Shown in pieces: positions 63,451 through 64,000 of a stretch of DNA of 64,000 bases. The notes beneath the pieces are model-generated. The model saw only the letters and a list, made by a program, of their open reading frames with translations. It searched no databases and was not told the DNA's origin. Position 1 is the stretch's first letter. Every line of letters starts with the position of its first letter. The DNA lies in the NCBI RefSeq assembly GCF_018350175.1, contig NC_058368.1:181166001-181230000 (forward strand). The letters run 5' to 3'. The translations under genes were made by a program, and so were the position numbers. The DNA is from Felis catus. Taxonomy: Eukaryota.

Positions 63451-63653
63451 GGAGCACCTGGGTAACTCAGTCAGTTAAGTGTCCAACTTTGGCTCAGGTC
63501 ATGATCTAACAGTTTGTGGGTTTGAGCCCCACATTGGGCTCTATGCTGATAGCTCAGAGCCTGGAGCTTGCTTCAAATTCTGTGCGTGCCTCTCTCTCTC
63601 TGCCCCTCCCCCACTCATATTCTGTCTTTCTCTCCCCAAAATAAATAAACATT
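63451..63653 (+). mobile_element. Can-SINE (outer) inserted in a MIR relic
   Basis: Outer TSD AAAA(T/G)AGGTATTAT(T/G)A at 63435-63450 and 63881-63896. Confidence 0.93.
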
Positions 63654-63667
63654 AAGAAATTAAAAGA

Positions 63668-63872
63668 GGGGCGCCTGGGTGGCGCAGTCGGTTAAGCGTC
63701 CGACTTCAGCCAGGTCACGATCTCGCGGTCAGTGAGTTCGAGCCCCGCGTCGGGCTCTGGGCTGATGGCTCAGAGCCTGGAGCCTGTTTCCGATTCTGTG
63801 TCTCCCTCTGTCTCTGCCCCTCCCCCATTCATGCTCTGTCTTTCTCTGTCCCAAAAATAAATTAAAAAAAAA
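63668..63872 (+). mobile_element. Very young SINEC_Fc nested in the previous SINE tail
   Basis: CpG-rich, intact A box (TGGCGCAGTCGG) and B box (GTTCGAGCC); perfect 14-bp TSD AAGAAATTAAAAGA at 63654-63667 and 63873-63886. Confidence 0.96.
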
Positions 63873-64000
63873 AAGAAATTAAAAGAGGTATTATGATAAC
63901 TCAGATTTAAAGATGGAGTTATCCATATCAGATTAAGAAATTCAGCTCAGTTAATACAATGAATAAGCCACAAAACTGAGATTCTGCATGTAGTGCCCAT

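Noticed and set aside
63668..63750. tRNA genes suggested by A/B boxes here and in other SINE heads
   Set aside because: These are tRNA-derived Can-SINE heads followed by a CT tract, A tail and TSDs.
1..64000. The short ORFs (60-118 aa) in the six-frame track as protein-coding genes
   Set aside because: They derive from SINEs, microsatellites, L1/Tigger relics or chance, and many start at non-ATG codons. None shows a recognisable intact domain.

Overview
Mammalian genomic DNA from a cat-family (Felidae) genome, judged from about 18 carnivore tRNA-derived SINEs that include young SINEC_Fc-type copies. The window is almost entirely non-coding and AT-rich. The one gene feature I can support is a minus-strand internal promoter and short first coding exon at about 14.0-14.6 kb. 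Its ATG at 14086 encodes MLHAANKGRKPSAET-G, ending at a CAG|GTAAGA phase-1 donor at 14041/14040. From memory (not database-checked), this is the alternative N-terminus of teneurin-2 (TENM2), which would place the whole window inside the very large TENM2 intron 2. The rest is Can-SINEs, MIR and L2 relics, three MaLR (MLT1) solo LTRs, hAT MITEs (MER5A, MER20, MER58, MER53), a near full-length Tigger1 carrying nested SINEs, L1 fragments, microsatellites and unique stretches that may be enhancers. I found no evidence of a novel multi-gene system. The best leads are tandem uORFs upstream of the alternative exon, an unexplained diverged ~130-bp duplication at 48.9/50.5 kb, a motif-dense CpG-retaining element at 60.3-60.9 kb, a MER53 hairpin and a tight inverted SINE pair. 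Repeat family names come from recalled consensus sequences, and boundaries of old repeats are approximate.
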